Shown here one piece after another: positions 20,904-30,664 of a stretch of DNA of 64,000 nt (its first letter is position 1; every line of letters starts with the position of its first letter). The position numbers and the translations under genes were made by a program. The DNA comes from an uncultured Candidatus Entotheonella sp. (GTDB lineage Bacteria; Tectomicrobia; Entotheonellia; Entotheonellales; Entotheonellaceae). Below the pieces are notes generated by a model. That model was given only the letters and a program-made list of their open reading frames with translations, searched no databases and had not been told where the DNA came from. The stretch spans positions 160,001 to 224,000 of the forward strand of contig OZ244252.1 of NCBI GenBank assembly GCA_965217185.1. Direction: 5' to 3'.

Positions 20904-22094
20904 TCAGTCCTCCGCTCTGACGTAGCGCCTCGGCACTTGTTGGCCGACGGCGCACAGCACTTCGTAAGGGATACGTCCGCATCGTTCCGCCATGTCGTCG
21001 ACCGTCAGGCGATCTTGTCCCTGGGCGCCGATCAGCACCACCTCGTCTCCCACCTGCGCTTGCGGTACGTCGCTGAGGTCGATCACGCACAGGCCCATGC
21101 AGACGCGGCCCACCATGGGCGCTCGCCGGCCGCGAATCAGCACCTCGCCGACGTTCGACAGGCCGCGGTCCAGCCCATCGGCATAGCCCACCGGCAAGGT
21201 GCCGAGACGGCTGGGGCGCCGCGTCACGAAGGTGTGGCCGTAGCTCACGCCGGTGCCGGCCGGCACGGACTGGATGCGGATCAGGCGGGTCGTCCATCGC
21301 ATCACCGGACGCAACTCGCAGGCTCGACGGGAGGGGAAGGGGTGCGACCCGTAGAGGGAGATGCCCGGACGCACGAGGTTGCCGTGGCTCTCGGGGTACC
21401 GGAATATCCCGGCGCTCCCGGCGGCGTGAATGTAGCGCGGCTTGACGCCTTGGGCTGCAGCCGCCCGCAGCACGCCGCGGAAGTCGTCCAGGTGGCGCCG
21501 GGTTCCGCTGCCGTCGTCAGGCGCGTCGGCGGTAGCCAAGTGCGTCATCACGCCTTGCAGGTGGAGTTGCGGCCATTCGCCGAGTTTGCCGAAAAAGGCC
21601 GCGCAGTCCTGCGGCAGCAACCCGTAGCGGCTCATGCCGGTATCGACTTTCAGGTGAATGGGATAGGTGAGTTGGCGGCGGGCGGCCTCGCGGTTCAGCC
21701 GGTCAGCGTCCTCGCGGCGCCCGACGGTGGGCGTCAGACGGTGGTGAACGAGGGCGTCGATTTCTTCCGGCCAAGTCGGCCCCAGCACCAGGACCGGCGC
21801 CCGGATACCTTGTTCCCGCAACGCGGCGCCCTCCAGGCAGCGGGCCACCCCAAGCCACGTGGCGCCGCTCGCCAGGGCGGCTTCGGCCAAGACGGCGGCA
21901 CTGTGGCCGTAGGCGTCGGCCTTGACCACGGCCATGATCTCGCAATCGGGTTGCAGGCAGTCGCGAACGGTACGGAGGTTGTGGGTAAAGGCATCGACGT
22001 TGATTTCGGCCACCGCCGGGGGGGCGCCGGTCGGCAGGAAGGGCGTTGTGCTCAGGGGGTCACCGCTGTCCCCTATCCACGCTTCAGCCGGCAC
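20904..22094 (-). CDS. alr: Alanine racemase (start approximate)
   Basis: AVVKADAYGH, HLKVDTGMSRYG, VRPGISLYG, PVGYADG, GRVCM. Confidence 0.93.
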   Translation of the reverse strand: MPAEAWIGDSGDPLSTTPFLPTGAPPAVAEINVDAFTHNLRTVRDCLQPDCEIMAVVKADAYGHSAAVLAEAALASGATWLGVARCLEGAALREQGIRAPVLVLGPTWPEEIDALVHHRLTPTVGRREDADRLNREAARRQLTYPIHLKVDTGMSRYGLLPQDCAAFFGKLGEWPQLHLQGVMTHLATADAPDDGSGTRRHLDDFRGVLRAAAAQGVKPRYIHAAGSAGIFRYPESHGNLVRPGISLYGSHPFPSRRACELRPVMRWTTRLIRIQSVPAGTGVSYGHTFVTRRPSRLGTLPVGYADGLDRGLSNVGEVLIRGRRAPMVGRVCMGLCVIDLSDVPQAQVGDEVVLIGAQGQDRLTVDDMAERCGRIPYEVLCAVGQQVPRRYVRAED

Positions 22095-22095
22095 G

Positions 22096-23466
22096 TTAAT
22101 AATCGCCCTGTCGCGCGAGATTATCGAAGCGCGTGAACTCGCCGAGAAAGGCCAGGCGCACTTTACCAATTGACCCGTTGCGGTGCTTGGCGATATTGAC
22201 TTCCGCCACGCCACGCTCGTCGCTGTTTTCGTCGTAGACCTCGTCTCGATACAGCATCGCCACCAAGTCGGCGTCCTGCTCGATAGCGCCGGATTCCCGC
22301 AGGTCGGACAGTTGTGGTCTGTGGTCTGTACGCTGTTCCGGGGCGCGGCTGAGTTGAGACAGGGCGACCACGGGCACATGGAGTTCGCGGGCCAGGGCTT
22401 TGAGGGCGCGGGTGATGTCGGAGATTTCCTGCTGGCGGTTTTCGGCGCGTGAGCGGCCTTGCATGAGCTGAAGATAATCGACGATGACGAGCCCAAGGTC
22501 GCCCTGCTCGCTGCGTAGCCGGCGAGCCTTGGCGCGGATGTCGAGCGCCGTTTGCATGGAGGTGTCGTCGATGTAGATGTTGGCCTGGCCGGAGAGGTCC
22601 CCGGCCGCCGCGGTCAGCAGGCTCCAATCGCTGTTGGTCAAATACCCGGTGCGCAGCTTCGAGGAGTCGACCTTCGCCTCGGCGCACAGCATCCGCAGGG
22701 CCAGTTGTTCCTTCGACATTTCCAGGCTGAAGATGGCGATTGGCTTGCCCGTTCGCATGCCCGCGTGGGCGGCAATGTTCAGGGCGAGGGTGGTTTTTCC
22801 CATGCTGGGCCGCCCGGCGATGATGATCAGATCGGAAGGCTGCAGGCCGGCCGTCTTATCGTCGAGATCGCTGAAACCGGTAGGCAGGCCGGTAATTCGC
22901 TCCATGCGAGCCGACAGGTTTTCCAACTGCCGGAAACTGTCTTTCAGTAGACTCTGGAGATCAGCGAAACCGGAGGTGGCCTTGCCTTGGCTGATTTCGA
23001 GGATCGACCGCTCGGCGCGGTCGAGCAGCGAGGCCACGTCCTCGTCCTCCTCGTAGCTGTCCGTCACGATGGTGGTGGCCGTGCGGATGAGGGCTCTCAG
23101 GACGCTTTTTTCCCGCACTACGCGGGCGTGGTAATCGACGTGTGCGGCGGTCGGCACCAACTCGACGAGTTCCGCCAAGTAGGCGGGGCCGCCTATTGCG
23201 TCGAGGCGGTTTTTCTTTTTCAGCCACTCGTTGACGGTGAGAACGTCGATGGGAACATTTTCCTGGAAGAGATCGAGCATGGCGCGGAACAGCCAGCGGT
23301 GGGCGTCGTGGTAGAAGTCCTCTTCCTGCAGCGTGTCGGCGAGCCGGACGATCGCGTCGTTATTTTGCAGAATCGCGCCCAGAATGCTTTGTTCCATCTC
23401 CACATTCTGAGGCGGCAGTTTTTGGAGAGCGATGGACTGTCCGTTGTCCATGGCGGCACGCCTCAT
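22096..23466 (-). CDS. dnaB: Replicative DNA helicase
   Basis: PPQNVEMEQSILGA, GRPSMGKT, VDYLQLM, SDLRESGAIEQDAD, AKHRNG. Confidence 0.97.
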   Translation of the reverse strand: MRRAAMDNGQSIALQKLPPQNVEMEQSILGAILQNNDAIVRLADTLQEEDFYHDAHRWLFRAMLDLFQENVPIDVLTVNEWLKKKNRLDAIGGPAYLAELVELVPTAAHVDYHARVVREKSVLRALIRTATTIVTDSYEEDEDVASLLDRAERSILEISQGKATSGFADLQSLLKDSFRQLENLSARMERITGLPTGFSDLDDKTAGLQPSDLIIIAGRPSMGKTTLALNIAAHAGMRTGKPIAIFSLEMSKEQLALRMLCAEAKVDSSKLRTGYLTNSDWSLLTAAAGDLSGQANIYIDDTSMQTALDIRAKARRLRSEQGDLGLVIVDYLQLMQGRSRAENRQQEISDITRALKALARELHVPVVALSQLSRAPEQRTDHRPQLSDLRESGAIEQDADLVAMLYRDEVYDENSDERGVAEVNIAKHRNGSIGKVRLAFLGEFTRFDNLARQGDY

Positions 23467-23909
23467 TCTTCTGCGACGACGGTTACCTTCAGGTCGGCTG
23501 ACACCGAGGCCGGCAGGCGGACGGGTACGGCGAATTCGCCGAGGCTTTTGAGCGGCTGATCGAGCTGGATGTTGCGGCGGTCGATGGTGAAGCCGGCTTC
23601 CTTGAGTTGCTCGGCGATATCCATCGTCGTCACCGAGCCGAACAACTTACCCTCCTCACCGGCCTTGCGGGTAAAGCTGAATTGCAAGGTTTGTAATTTC
23701 TCGGCCAGTGTGCTCGCTTCGAGCCGGGCGTGGGCGATGCGGTTTTCTCGCAGATGCTGTTCATGGGCCAGTTGGCGAGCGTTTCTGGCCGTGGCCGCGA
23801 TGGCCAGGCCGCGTGGCAGGAGATAGTTGCGGCCGTAGCCTTCAGCCACCTCGACGACATCGCCGATTTCGCCCAGATGCTCCACTTCGTGCATCAGAAT
23901 GACTTTCAT
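23463..23909 (-). CDS. rplI: 50S ribosomal protein L9
   Basis: MKVIL...LGEIGDVVEVAEGYGRNYLLP...KLFGSVT. Confidence 0.97.
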   Translation of the reverse strand: MKVILMHEVEHLGEIGDVVEVAEGYGRNYLLPRGLAIAATARNARQLAHEQHLRENRIAHARLEASTLAEKLQTLQFSFTRKAGEEGKLFGSVTTMDIAEQLKEAGFTIDRRNIQLDQPLKSLGEFAVPVRLPASVSADLKVTVVAEE

Positions 23910-23985
23910 GATTTTGTCTCCTTACGGTTCAGAGATTCGGACATTATAGCAACAGTCGAGGCGTTGTTCGCCCGTTCTATCAGGG

Positions 23986-24954
23986 TTAGGGCTCTGACAG
24001 TTGACGGCGTTGGCGTCGGAAATCGACCCACAGATCAAACAGTCCCGCGACGGTGCACGCCAGCATGCAAAACGGAGCCGCCAGCAGGAAGGCCAGGATA
24101 GCCAGCAGCCAGCACGCCGCGGAAGGGAGCGGCAAGCGGCGCCCCCAGTACACCAGAATGGCCAGACCCTGTATGAAATAGATCGCCAGGGTGACGAGAA
24201 AGACGTTCAGACCGATATAGTTGAGTGCCGGCGACGGTAGGAACAGGACAGCGCCACTGGCCAGAAAGATCCACACCAGGTAATCCGTTGCGCGCCAATC
24301 GGCGATGTCCGCCGGAGCGAAGGGTATCGGCGGCTCGTGATGCTGCAAGTAGCGCCGTGCGAGGAGGTAGTTCAGCACGTTGGGAAAGAGGAAGTTGACG
24401 GCGCACACGGCAGGCAGCACGACAGCCATGGTGCGCGGCAGCACTTCGAGCGCGGCGGCCGTGGCTTCCTCGTTCCGCAGGCCCTCCATCTGTTGCAATT
24501 GCTCGTATAGCCCGTCCGCCATTTGTTCGAGCATGTGGATCAGATAGGCGTGCGGCGTTTGCTGGGCCATGGCGCTTACGAACAGCAGTACCACGGTGCC
24601 AATGCCAATTGGCAGGACGACGCTCCAGGAAATGATGCGTGAGGCCGTGTAGCCCAACCGAATGGCCGCGCCGAGCGTCAGCCCCACAACGCTGTATTGT
24701 GCCAGGAGCAGCAGGCTTGGCAGCGCCGTGATGACAAGCAGAGCGCCCGCCTGCAGGCCGATGAGCCACAATACGTGGCGCCACGGATACTTCACCACCA
24801 GGATGGTGATGGGGAACGGGCCCAACAGGGTCGGGAACAACCATTCAAGCGGCGCAAATGCCGGGAGTAGGACCAGGGCCAGGGACAGCCCGGCCAGCAC
24901 TGGCAACTCCGTGTTGCGGCGAACTCGCTGACGCTCCTTTGCATCCATCTTCAT
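23986..24954 (-). CDS. DUF2232/YybS family membrane protein
   Basis: Multi-TM, YFIQGLAI and GLFDLWVDFR motifs; conserved position between rpsR and rplI. Confidence 0.85.
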   Translation of the reverse strand: MKMDAKERQRVRRNTELPVLAGLSLALVLLPAFAPLEWLFPTLLGPFPITILVVKYPWRHVLWLIGLQAGALLVITALPSLLLLAQYSVVGLTLGAAIRLGYTASRIISWSVVLPIGIGTVVLLFVSAMAQQTPHAYLIHMLEQMADGLYEQLQQMEGLRNEEATAAALEVLPRTMAVVLPAVCAVNFLFPNVLNYLLARRYLQHHEPPIPFAPADIADWRATDYLVWIFLASGAVLFLPSPALNYIGLNVFLVTLAIYFIQGLAILVYWGRRLPLPSAACWLLAILAFLLAAPFCMLACTVAGLFDLWVDFRRQRRQLSEP

Positions 24955-25038
24955 ACGCTCGCTGGCGCTCGTTGTGGGCGCCTTCCTTTCCTGCCCGACC
25001 GCCGCGTCACCAGGATGTCCCGCATACTGCGCGGCGGG

Positions 25039-25299
25039 TTATTCGGCTGTAAAGGGTATCAGGGCGATATGGCGTGAACGCTTGATCGCTACCGTAAGCT
25101 GGCGTTGATGTCCCGCGCAGTTGCCGGAAATGCGCCGCGGGATGATCTTGCCGCGCTCGGTCACCAGGTTTCGCAACCGCCGTATGTCTTTGTAATCAAT
25201 GAAAGTTACCTTGTCGACGCAGAAGCGGCATATTTTTTTGCGCAGGAAGCGCCGCCGCTTGCGTGCTACCGCTTTCTTTCTCGAAGTGTTGACTGCCAT
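25039..25299 (-). CDS. rpsR: 30S ribosomal protein S18
   Basis: [29 protein letters not shown]. Confidence 0.97.
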   Translation of the reverse strand: MAVNTSRKKAVARKRRRFLRKKICRFCVDKVTFIDYKDIRRLRNLVTERGKIIPRRISGNCAGHQRQLTVAIKRSRHIALIPFTAE

Positions 25300-25353
25300 G
25301 CTTGCCCTCTTTCGTGGGGGGGTGACCCCTAAAATCCGAGTGTTGCCTGATGC

Positions 25354-25782
25354 TTAGAATGGAATGTCATCGTCCTGCGGCGCCGGGATGTCGTCATCCC
25401 GATACGGAGGTGGTGCGCCGCTGCCCGCACTCTGACGAGCGCCGCCGTCCTGGCTGACGCGCGGCATGAGATTGACCCGTTCGGCGACGACGTCGAGCTT
25501 GCTGCGTCGTTGTCCGCTCTGGTCTTCCCAACTGCGAAACTGTAAACGACCTTCGATCAATACCGGACTGCCTTTGCTGAGGTATTGCCCGACGATTTCC
25601 GCCGAGCGTGCGAAGGTGCTGATATCGACGAAGCACACCTCTTCCTTTTGCTCGTCGCCCTGGCGGTAACGCCGATTGACCGCCATACCAAAGGAGGCGA
25701 CCGGAGTGCCGCTTGGGGTGTAGCGCATTTCAGGATCCCGGGTGAGATTCCCCAGCAGAATGACTTTATTGAAGCTCGCCAT
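25354..25782 (-). CDS. ssb: Single-stranded DNA-binding protein
   Basis: NKVILLGNLTRDPE, C-terminal DDIPF. Confidence 0.97.
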   Translation of the reverse strand: MASFNKVILLGNLTRDPEMRYTPSGTPVASFGMAVNRRYRQGDEQKEEVCFVDISTFARSAEIVGQYLSKGSPVLIEGRLQFRSWEDQSGQRRSKLDVVAERVNLMPRVSQDGGARQSAGSGAPPPYRDDDIPAPQDDDIPF

Positions 25783-25827
25783 GCCTCTGCCTCCATAGCT
25801 TGCCCCGGACCTGATCCGGGGGTTGAC

Positions 25828-26409
25828 CTAGCCGGTTGTCTCCTCGCCCTCTTCGGCACCCGACACGTCGTCATCAGCCACTTCCGGGCTGGCTTCCGGC
25901 TCTTCATCTCCCTTCGCTGTCACTTCGGGGGGCGTCTCCGGTTCCTCGTCTGCTTCCGCATCAGCAACCGGCTCGTCTTCTCGTGACGCGCGCCGGTACT
26001 CGGGAGCCTCGCGGTACGAATCCGTGCGCCGCCCCATGCGTCGCCGGTCGTCGCGGCCATCGTCGCGGCCATCGTCGTCGGGCAGACGGGTGAAGCCGGT
26101 CATCTGTTCTTCTTTGTCGTAGCGTACGGAAATGTACCGTAAGACGCGGTCGCTCAGGCGGTAGACACGCTCCAGTTCGAGGAGTGCATCGGGAAGGGCG
26201 CGGAAATGGATGAGGGTGTAGTAACCGTAACGCTGCTTGCGGATGGGGTAGGCGAGACGGCGTTTGCCGCCGCGTTCGATGCGGATCGTTTCCGATCCCC
26301 TGTCTTCGAGGATCTTATTGAGATTTTGGACAGCCTCTTCCGTCTCCTCCTCCGTCAGTTCGGGGTGCAGGATGAAGATGGTCTCGTAAAGCGCGGTTCG
26401 TGCATTCAT
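25828..26409 (-). CDS. rpsF: 30S ribosomal protein S6 with a long acidic tail
   Basis: YETIFILHP, GKRRLAYPIRK..GYY; rpsF-ssb-rpsR synteny. Confidence 0.95.
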   Translation of the reverse strand: MNARTALYETIFILHPELTEEETEEAVQNLNKILEDRGSETIRIERGGKRRLAYPIRKQRYGYYTLIHFRALPDALLELERVYRLSDRVLRYISVRYDKEEQMTGFTRLPDDDGRDDGRDDRRRMGRRTDSYREAPEYRRASREDEPVADAEADEEPETPPEVTAKGDEEPEASPEVADDDVSGAEEGEETTG

Positions 26410-26414
26410 CAAAT

Positions 26415-26454
26415 CTCCTTATGGCTTGTAGCCCGCTGCGGCGAGCAAGGAGTG
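26415..26454 (-). promoter_or_regulatory. Probable rpsF leader RNA (S6:S18-binding element)
   Basis: CACTCCTT GCTCGC CGCA GCGGGC TACAAG CCA TAAGGAG: anti-SD/SD stem, inner hairpin and CCR motif before the SD. Confidence 0.6.
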
Positions 26455-26468
26455 ACCCCTCGTGGGGG

Positions 26469-27044
26469 TTACGTTGTCGTGATATTTCCTCCCATGGGCG
26501 CCTCTGCCCGATTGAGAAGATCTTCCAGCCTTTCTACCGCTTCGTCAATCATCCTCTGACGAGCGTCTGATTCCTCCGAGGAAAACGGAGACAACACGTA
26601 GTCGATGACATCTTCCCTTTGGGGCGGCCGCCCGATACCCAGCCGCAGGCGAAGATACTGATCGCTCTGCAGGCATTGGGTAATGGAGCGAATGCCCCGG
26701 TGTCCGGCATCGCCGCCTTGTTCCTTGAGGCGCAGTTTGCCTAACGACAGGTCAATGTCGTCGTGAACAACCACGAGCAAATCGTGGCGCCGCAGGTAGC
26801 GGCGCATCAGCGGAGCGACCGCTTCGCCGCTGTTGTTCATAAAGGTCTGCGGCTTGGCCAGCAGGACCGCGTGAATGCCGATCCGGCCCGCGCCGCAGAC
26901 CGCTTCGAACTCCCGACTCCGTAACGAAATGCCGTGACGACCGGCCAGGGCGTCGATGACGTCGTAGCCGATGTTATGACGGTGGTGCCGGTAGCGCTGT
27001 CCGGGGTTCCCCAAGCCGACGATCACGTCCACGTGTAGCGACAA
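26469..27044 (-). CDS. pth: Peptidyl-tRNA hydrolase
   Basis: IVGLGNPG, RHNIG, KPQTFMNNSG, VVHDDIDL, GHRG, RLRLGIGRP. Confidence 0.95.
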   Translation of the reverse strand: MSLHVDVIVGLGNPGQRYRHHRHNIGYDVIDALAGRHGISLRSREFEAVCGAGRIGIHAVLLAKPQTFMNNSGEAVAPLMRRYLRRHDLLVVVHDDIDLSLGKLRLKEQGGDAGHRGIRSITQCLQSDQYLRLRLGIGRPPQREDVIDYVLSPFSSEESDARQRMIDEAVERLEDLLNRAEAPMGGNITTT

Positions 27045-27047
27045 TCC

Positions 27048-27680
27048 CTAGGCTTCAGCCGCGTCCTCGGCGGCCATTGCTTCCGTTTCGCCGTCTTCCG
27101 TAGCCTCACGACTTCCGCCGACAACATTCAGGGTAAGGATGGCTGTTTCGGTATCCGTGATCAAGGTGACGCCTTCGGGCAAGTCCAGATCGCCGGCATG
27201 GAATGACTGATTGCTTGTCAGGGCGGCGAGATCTACACGGAGGCTTTCGGGAATATTACCCGGCAGACATTCGATCTCCACCTCGCGTAGAACCAGCGAC
27301 GCCGTCGCGCTGGTAGTTTTGAACTCGTCCGGCAGTGCGTTGATCGTCTCGACATTGACCGTCACGCGGATGGGCTCGTTGGGATCGACGCGGAAAAAGT
27401 CGACGTGCAGCGGCTCGCGTGTTACTGGATCGATCTGCACCTCGCGCAGGATGGCGTTGTATTGCTCCTCTTGGTCGCCGAGAAGATTCATGTCGAGGAC
27501 GGCGTTGGTTCCGCCAGCCGAGCGCTGGATTTCGACCAGGGTGTCGGCTTCGATTGTCAGCGCCGTGCTGCCGCCCTTGCCGTAGATGACGGCCGGCAGG
27601 CGCCCTTCGCGCCGAATTTGACGCGCCGCCGATTTGCCGGTGTTTTGTCGTTTGTGGGCCGTAACCCGCACCATGTCCAT
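27048..27680 (-). CDS. rplY: 50S ribosomal protein L25 (Ctc form)
   Basis: GKSAARQIRREGRLPAVIYG, QIDPVT..LHVDF; RBS GAGGAGG. Confidence 0.95.
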   Translation of the reverse strand: MDMVRVTAHKRQNTGKSAARQIRREGRLPAVIYGKGGSTALTIEADTLVEIQRSAGGTNAVLDMNLLGDQEEQYNAILREVQIDPVTREPLHVDFFRVDPNEPIRVTVNVETINALPDEFKTTSATASLVLREVEIECLPGNIPESLRVDLAALTSNQSFHAGDLDLPEGVTLITDTETAILTLNVVGGSREATEDGETEAMAAEDAAEA

Positions 27681-27758
27681 ACACAACCTCCTCTGGCTAG
27701 CAAGCTTTGTACCCGCCCGCCCATGTACCGGCACTGCACCGCGCCGGCACCTATCTTT

Positions 27759-28703
27759 CTAATTGAACAATGAACTCACCGAATCGTCCGAATGGATTCG
27801 TTTAATGGCTTCGCCCAACAGGGGCGCTACCGACAAGACGTGTACGCGGTCCTCCTTGTCGGCCTTGGCGCCGAGCGGAATTGTATCCGTCACGGCAAGC
27901 TGCTGCAGGCCGGAGGACCCAAGGCGTTGCATGGCCGGGCCCGACAACACCGCGTGAGCGGCACCGGCGAAGACCCGCCGTGCTCCCGCACGCAACAGGG
28001 CGGCCGTGGCCTCGACCAGCGTTCCCGCCGTGTCCACGATGTCGTCGGCGATCAGCACGTCGCGGTCCATCACCTCGCCGACGATGTGCATCACTTTGGC
28101 GATGTTCTTCTTGTCGCGGTCGCGGCGTTTGTCGATGATGGCCAGGGATGCGTCCAACCGCTTGGCGAATGCCGTGGCGCGTTCCACGCCGCCGGCGTCC
28201 GGCGCAATGATCGTCAAATTCTGGAATTTCTGCTGCTTGAAATGTTCGACGAGGACGGGGGCGGCGAAGAGGTGATCAACCGGCATGTTGAAGTAGCCCT
28301 GGAGCTGGCCGGCGTGCAGGTCAAGCGCCAGTACCCGGTTTACCCCTGCGGCGGCGATCAGGTCGGCTACCAGCTTGGCGGTGATGGGCACTCGGGGGCG
28401 ATCCTTGCGGTCCTGACGTCCATAGCCGAAATAGGGGATCACGGCCGTGATGCGCGCTGCTGAGGCCCGCCGGCAGGCATCAGCCATGATCAGCAGCTCC
28501 ATGAGGTGATGGTTAGCGGGTTGGCACGTCGACTGCACCAGAAAAACGTCCTGGCCGCGGATGTTTTCCTGGATTTGCACGAAGACTTCGCCGTCGCTGA
28601 AGTCGGACACTTCAATGCGACCGGGCTCGGTCTGCAGATACTCACAAATTCCACAGGCCAATCGTGGATTGGCGCGTCCCGTGAAAAGCCGCAAGTCTTT
28701 CAA
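27759..28703 (-). CDS. prs: Ribose-phosphate pyrophosphokinase
   Basis: FSDGEVFV, PYFGYGRQDRK, DLHAGQ, PDAGG, DDIVDTAGT. Confidence 0.97.
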   Translation of the reverse strand: MKDLRLFTGRANPRLACGICEYLQTEPGRIEVSDFSDGEVFVQIQENIRGQDVFLVQSTCQPANHHLMELLIMADACRRASAARITAVIPYFGYGRQDRKDRPRVPITAKLVADLIAAAGVNRVLALDLHAGQLQGYFNMPVDHLFAAPVLVEHFKQQKFQNLTIIAPDAGGVERATAFAKRLDASLAIIDKRRDRDKKNIAKVMHIVGEVMDRDVLIADDIVDTAGTLVEATAALLRAGARRVFAGAAHAVLSGPAMQRLGSSGLQQLAVTDTIPLGAKADKEDRVHVLSVAPLLGEAIKRIHSDDSVSSLFN

Positions 28704-28789
28704 CTCTTTTCACCTTAAAGAGATAGCCGTAGCGCGGTCACTTTGGAAACATGGGTTGTTCACGAAGCAGGGAAGGAAGGAAAAACAGA

Positions 28790-28861
28790 CTGGGGCGGGA
28801 GGATTCGAACCTCCGAATGCAGGTTCCAAAGACCTGTGTCTTACCGCTTGACGACGCCCCA
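28790..28861 (-). tRNA. tRNA-Gln(TTG), CCA not encoded
   Basis: TGGGGCG acceptor; anticodon arm CAGGT-CTTTGGA-ACCTG; T arm GGAGGTTCGAATCCTCC; typical ispE-tRNAGln-prs position. Confidence 0.95.
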
Positions 28862-28913
28862 TTTGATAGGAGACACGCCGCGAAGCTGAACGCGCCGTCC
28901 TTCTCGCCTTATG

Positions 28914-29792
28914 CTAATGCTGCCCAGTACCGCCCGCGCTGCCGCTGCACCACGTCCGGCATGCCCACACCTGCCAGTCCCGATTCCGTATCGTCTGGGC
29001 CACTTCCTGCGCAACGTCATATGAGCGGCACAAGGCGTACATTGTCGGCCCACTTCCCGACATACTTACACCATACACACCTGATTGGGTCAAGGCTTTT
29101 TTGATGGTGCAGAGCACGGGAAAGTGCGTCAGCATAACAGATTCGAAATCGTTAAAGCATGCCTTTCCCAGACCCTCAATGTCGCCTGATTCAAGATGGT
29201 GAGCGAGAATGGTAGTCGCGCCGGCGTTGTCTGTCAACGTCAAATGAAGCTGCCGGTAGGCCCAGGCGGTAGACACCTTCACGGGTGGTTTGACGAGCAC
29301 AAGGGACAACACCGCCGGGCAGGAGAGAGGTTCAAGCTTATCGCCCCGGCCGCGTCCGATGGCCGCCACCTCCGGCAGCAGGAAAAACGGCACGTCGGCG
29401 CCGATTGCGGCAGCGTGTCGGCCCAACTCAGCCGAGTCCATCTGCAGATTCCAGAGGGTGTTGAGGCCGCTGAGGGTCGCCGCGGCGTCGCTGCTGCCGC
29501 CCCCAAGACCGGCGGCGACGGGGATGGATTTACGCAGTCTGAAACGGGCGCCGCGGCCCGGCGCTGCCGGTTGCAGGGCCGTAGCTGCTCGGTGCACGAG
29601 GTTGCGCGAATCACTCGGAACGGCGGGGTCGTCGCAGTGTACGGTGATGTCGGGAATGTCCGTGTCGTCGATGCCGAGCTCGTCGGCGAGGGATATCTTG
29701 AGGAAGATGGTGGAGATGTCGTGGTAGCCATCGGGTCGGCGTCCGCGCACGGCCAAGCCAAGGTTGATTTTAGCCGGCGCGGAAAGAATCAC
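28914..29792 (-). CDS. ispE: 4-diphosphocytidyl-2-C-methyl-D-erythritol kinase
   Basis: APAKINL, DGYHDI, IPVAAGLGGGSSDAA, GADVPFF, MSGSGPT. Confidence 0.95.
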   Translation of the reverse strand: MILSAPAKINLGLAVRGRRPDGYHDISTIFLKISLADELGIDDTDIPDITVHCDDPAVPSDSRNLVHRAATALQPAAPGRGARFRLRKSIPVAAGLGGGSSDAAATLSGLNTLWNLQMDSAELGRHAAAIGADVPFFLLPEVAAIGRGRGDKLEPLSCPAVLSLVLVKPPVKVSTAWAYRQLHLTLTDNAGATTILAHHLESGDIEGLGKACFNDFESVMLTHFPVLCTIKKALTQSGVYGVSMSGSGPTMYALCRSYDVAQEVAQTIRNRDWQVWACRTWCSGSAGGTGQH

Positions 29793-29833
29793 GATGCCTG
29801 TATCACCTCTGCGGCAGCGGGCGGAACCGGACT

Positions 29834-30664
29834 TCAGGCAGGGTCCTCTTTGAGCACCCGGATTTCGGTTTGCGGCGGCGGTTGCACGCGAAACAGATCC
29901 GCCGATACCTCGGTGTTCAATTGCACGTCCGTGTAGCGCCAGACCGCCTGGCGCTGGGTTTCGGGTTCGGCAACGTCAATGCGCATCGGGAGCAGGACGT
30001 CCCCGTGTTGCTGGAAGTCACCGTAGTTGACCCGTATCACGACGGAGCCGGCTGCGTCCTCCATCTCGAATCGTACCGGATGCAACCCCTGGGGATCGAA
30101 CCACACGCGATAGTTCGGATCCGATCCCGGCTGCGTGCTCTCCCACATATACAGCCGTTCGTCTTCCTGGTATGCCAAGTCTCCGTTCGTAGGCAGCGGG
30201 TTCAGCGGAATGTCGCCAAGCAGCAGGCGCAACAGGGACTGGGGCGCCACGGCGATGCCGAACAGCCGCTCAAGATTCCGCGCCGATGCGGGCCCGACGA
30301 CCAGACGGTTATCCCGGATCATGTGCAAGGCCAGCCATTCGCCGTCGGTAATAAACAGGAACAACGGCTGCCCGAACGGCCCGATGCCTTCGAGCCGCAG
30401 CGCCTCGGCGTGCCGTACGACCACCACAACGTCATCCAGCGCCGCGCTCCCCTTGTCGGTGCGGGCCTGCACCCGCGCAAGCCCTTTCAGATTCTCCAGG
30501 GCGTTTCGACGTTCCGTCAAATGCTTCCAGAACGGTTCGGCGGGAACGGAGGCGGGTACCGGAGGGGGGGGCTCGGGGGGCGAAAACAGGCGCAGGCCGC
30601 TACAGCCCCCAAGGAGAAACAGGGATACGGCAAGGCTAATGGCGTTGCGGCTCAGGCGTCCCAT
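29834..30664 (-). CDS. Lipoprotein, LolB-like/DUF4292-type
   Basis: Lipobox LGGC; GPFGQPL motif; TPR-lolB-ispE synteny. Confidence 0.7.
   Translation of the reverse strand: MGRLSRNAISLAVSLFLLGGCSGLRLFSPPEPPPPVPASVPAEPFWKHLTERRNALENLKGLARVQARTDKGSAALDDVVVVVRHAEALRLEGIGPFGQPLFLFITDGEWLALHMIRDNRLVVGPASARNLERLFGIAVAPQSLLRLLLGDIPLNPLPTNGDLAYQEDERLYMWESTQPGSDPNYRVWFDPQGLHPVRFEMEDAAGSVVIRVNYGDFQQHGDVLLPMRIDVAEPETQRQAVWRYTDVQLNTEVSADLFRVQPPPQTEIRVLKEDPA

Noticed and set aside
22096..23466. Intein in DnaB
   Set aside because: Normal length (456 aa) and no intein motifs
27685..27755. Possible rplY leader RNA
   Set aside because: A hairpin is present, but I could not match it to a known motif with confidence
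28790..28861. tRNA-Gln as an island integration site
   Set aside because: It is flanked by ispE and prs in the usual order, and no duplicated tRNA 3' end was seen
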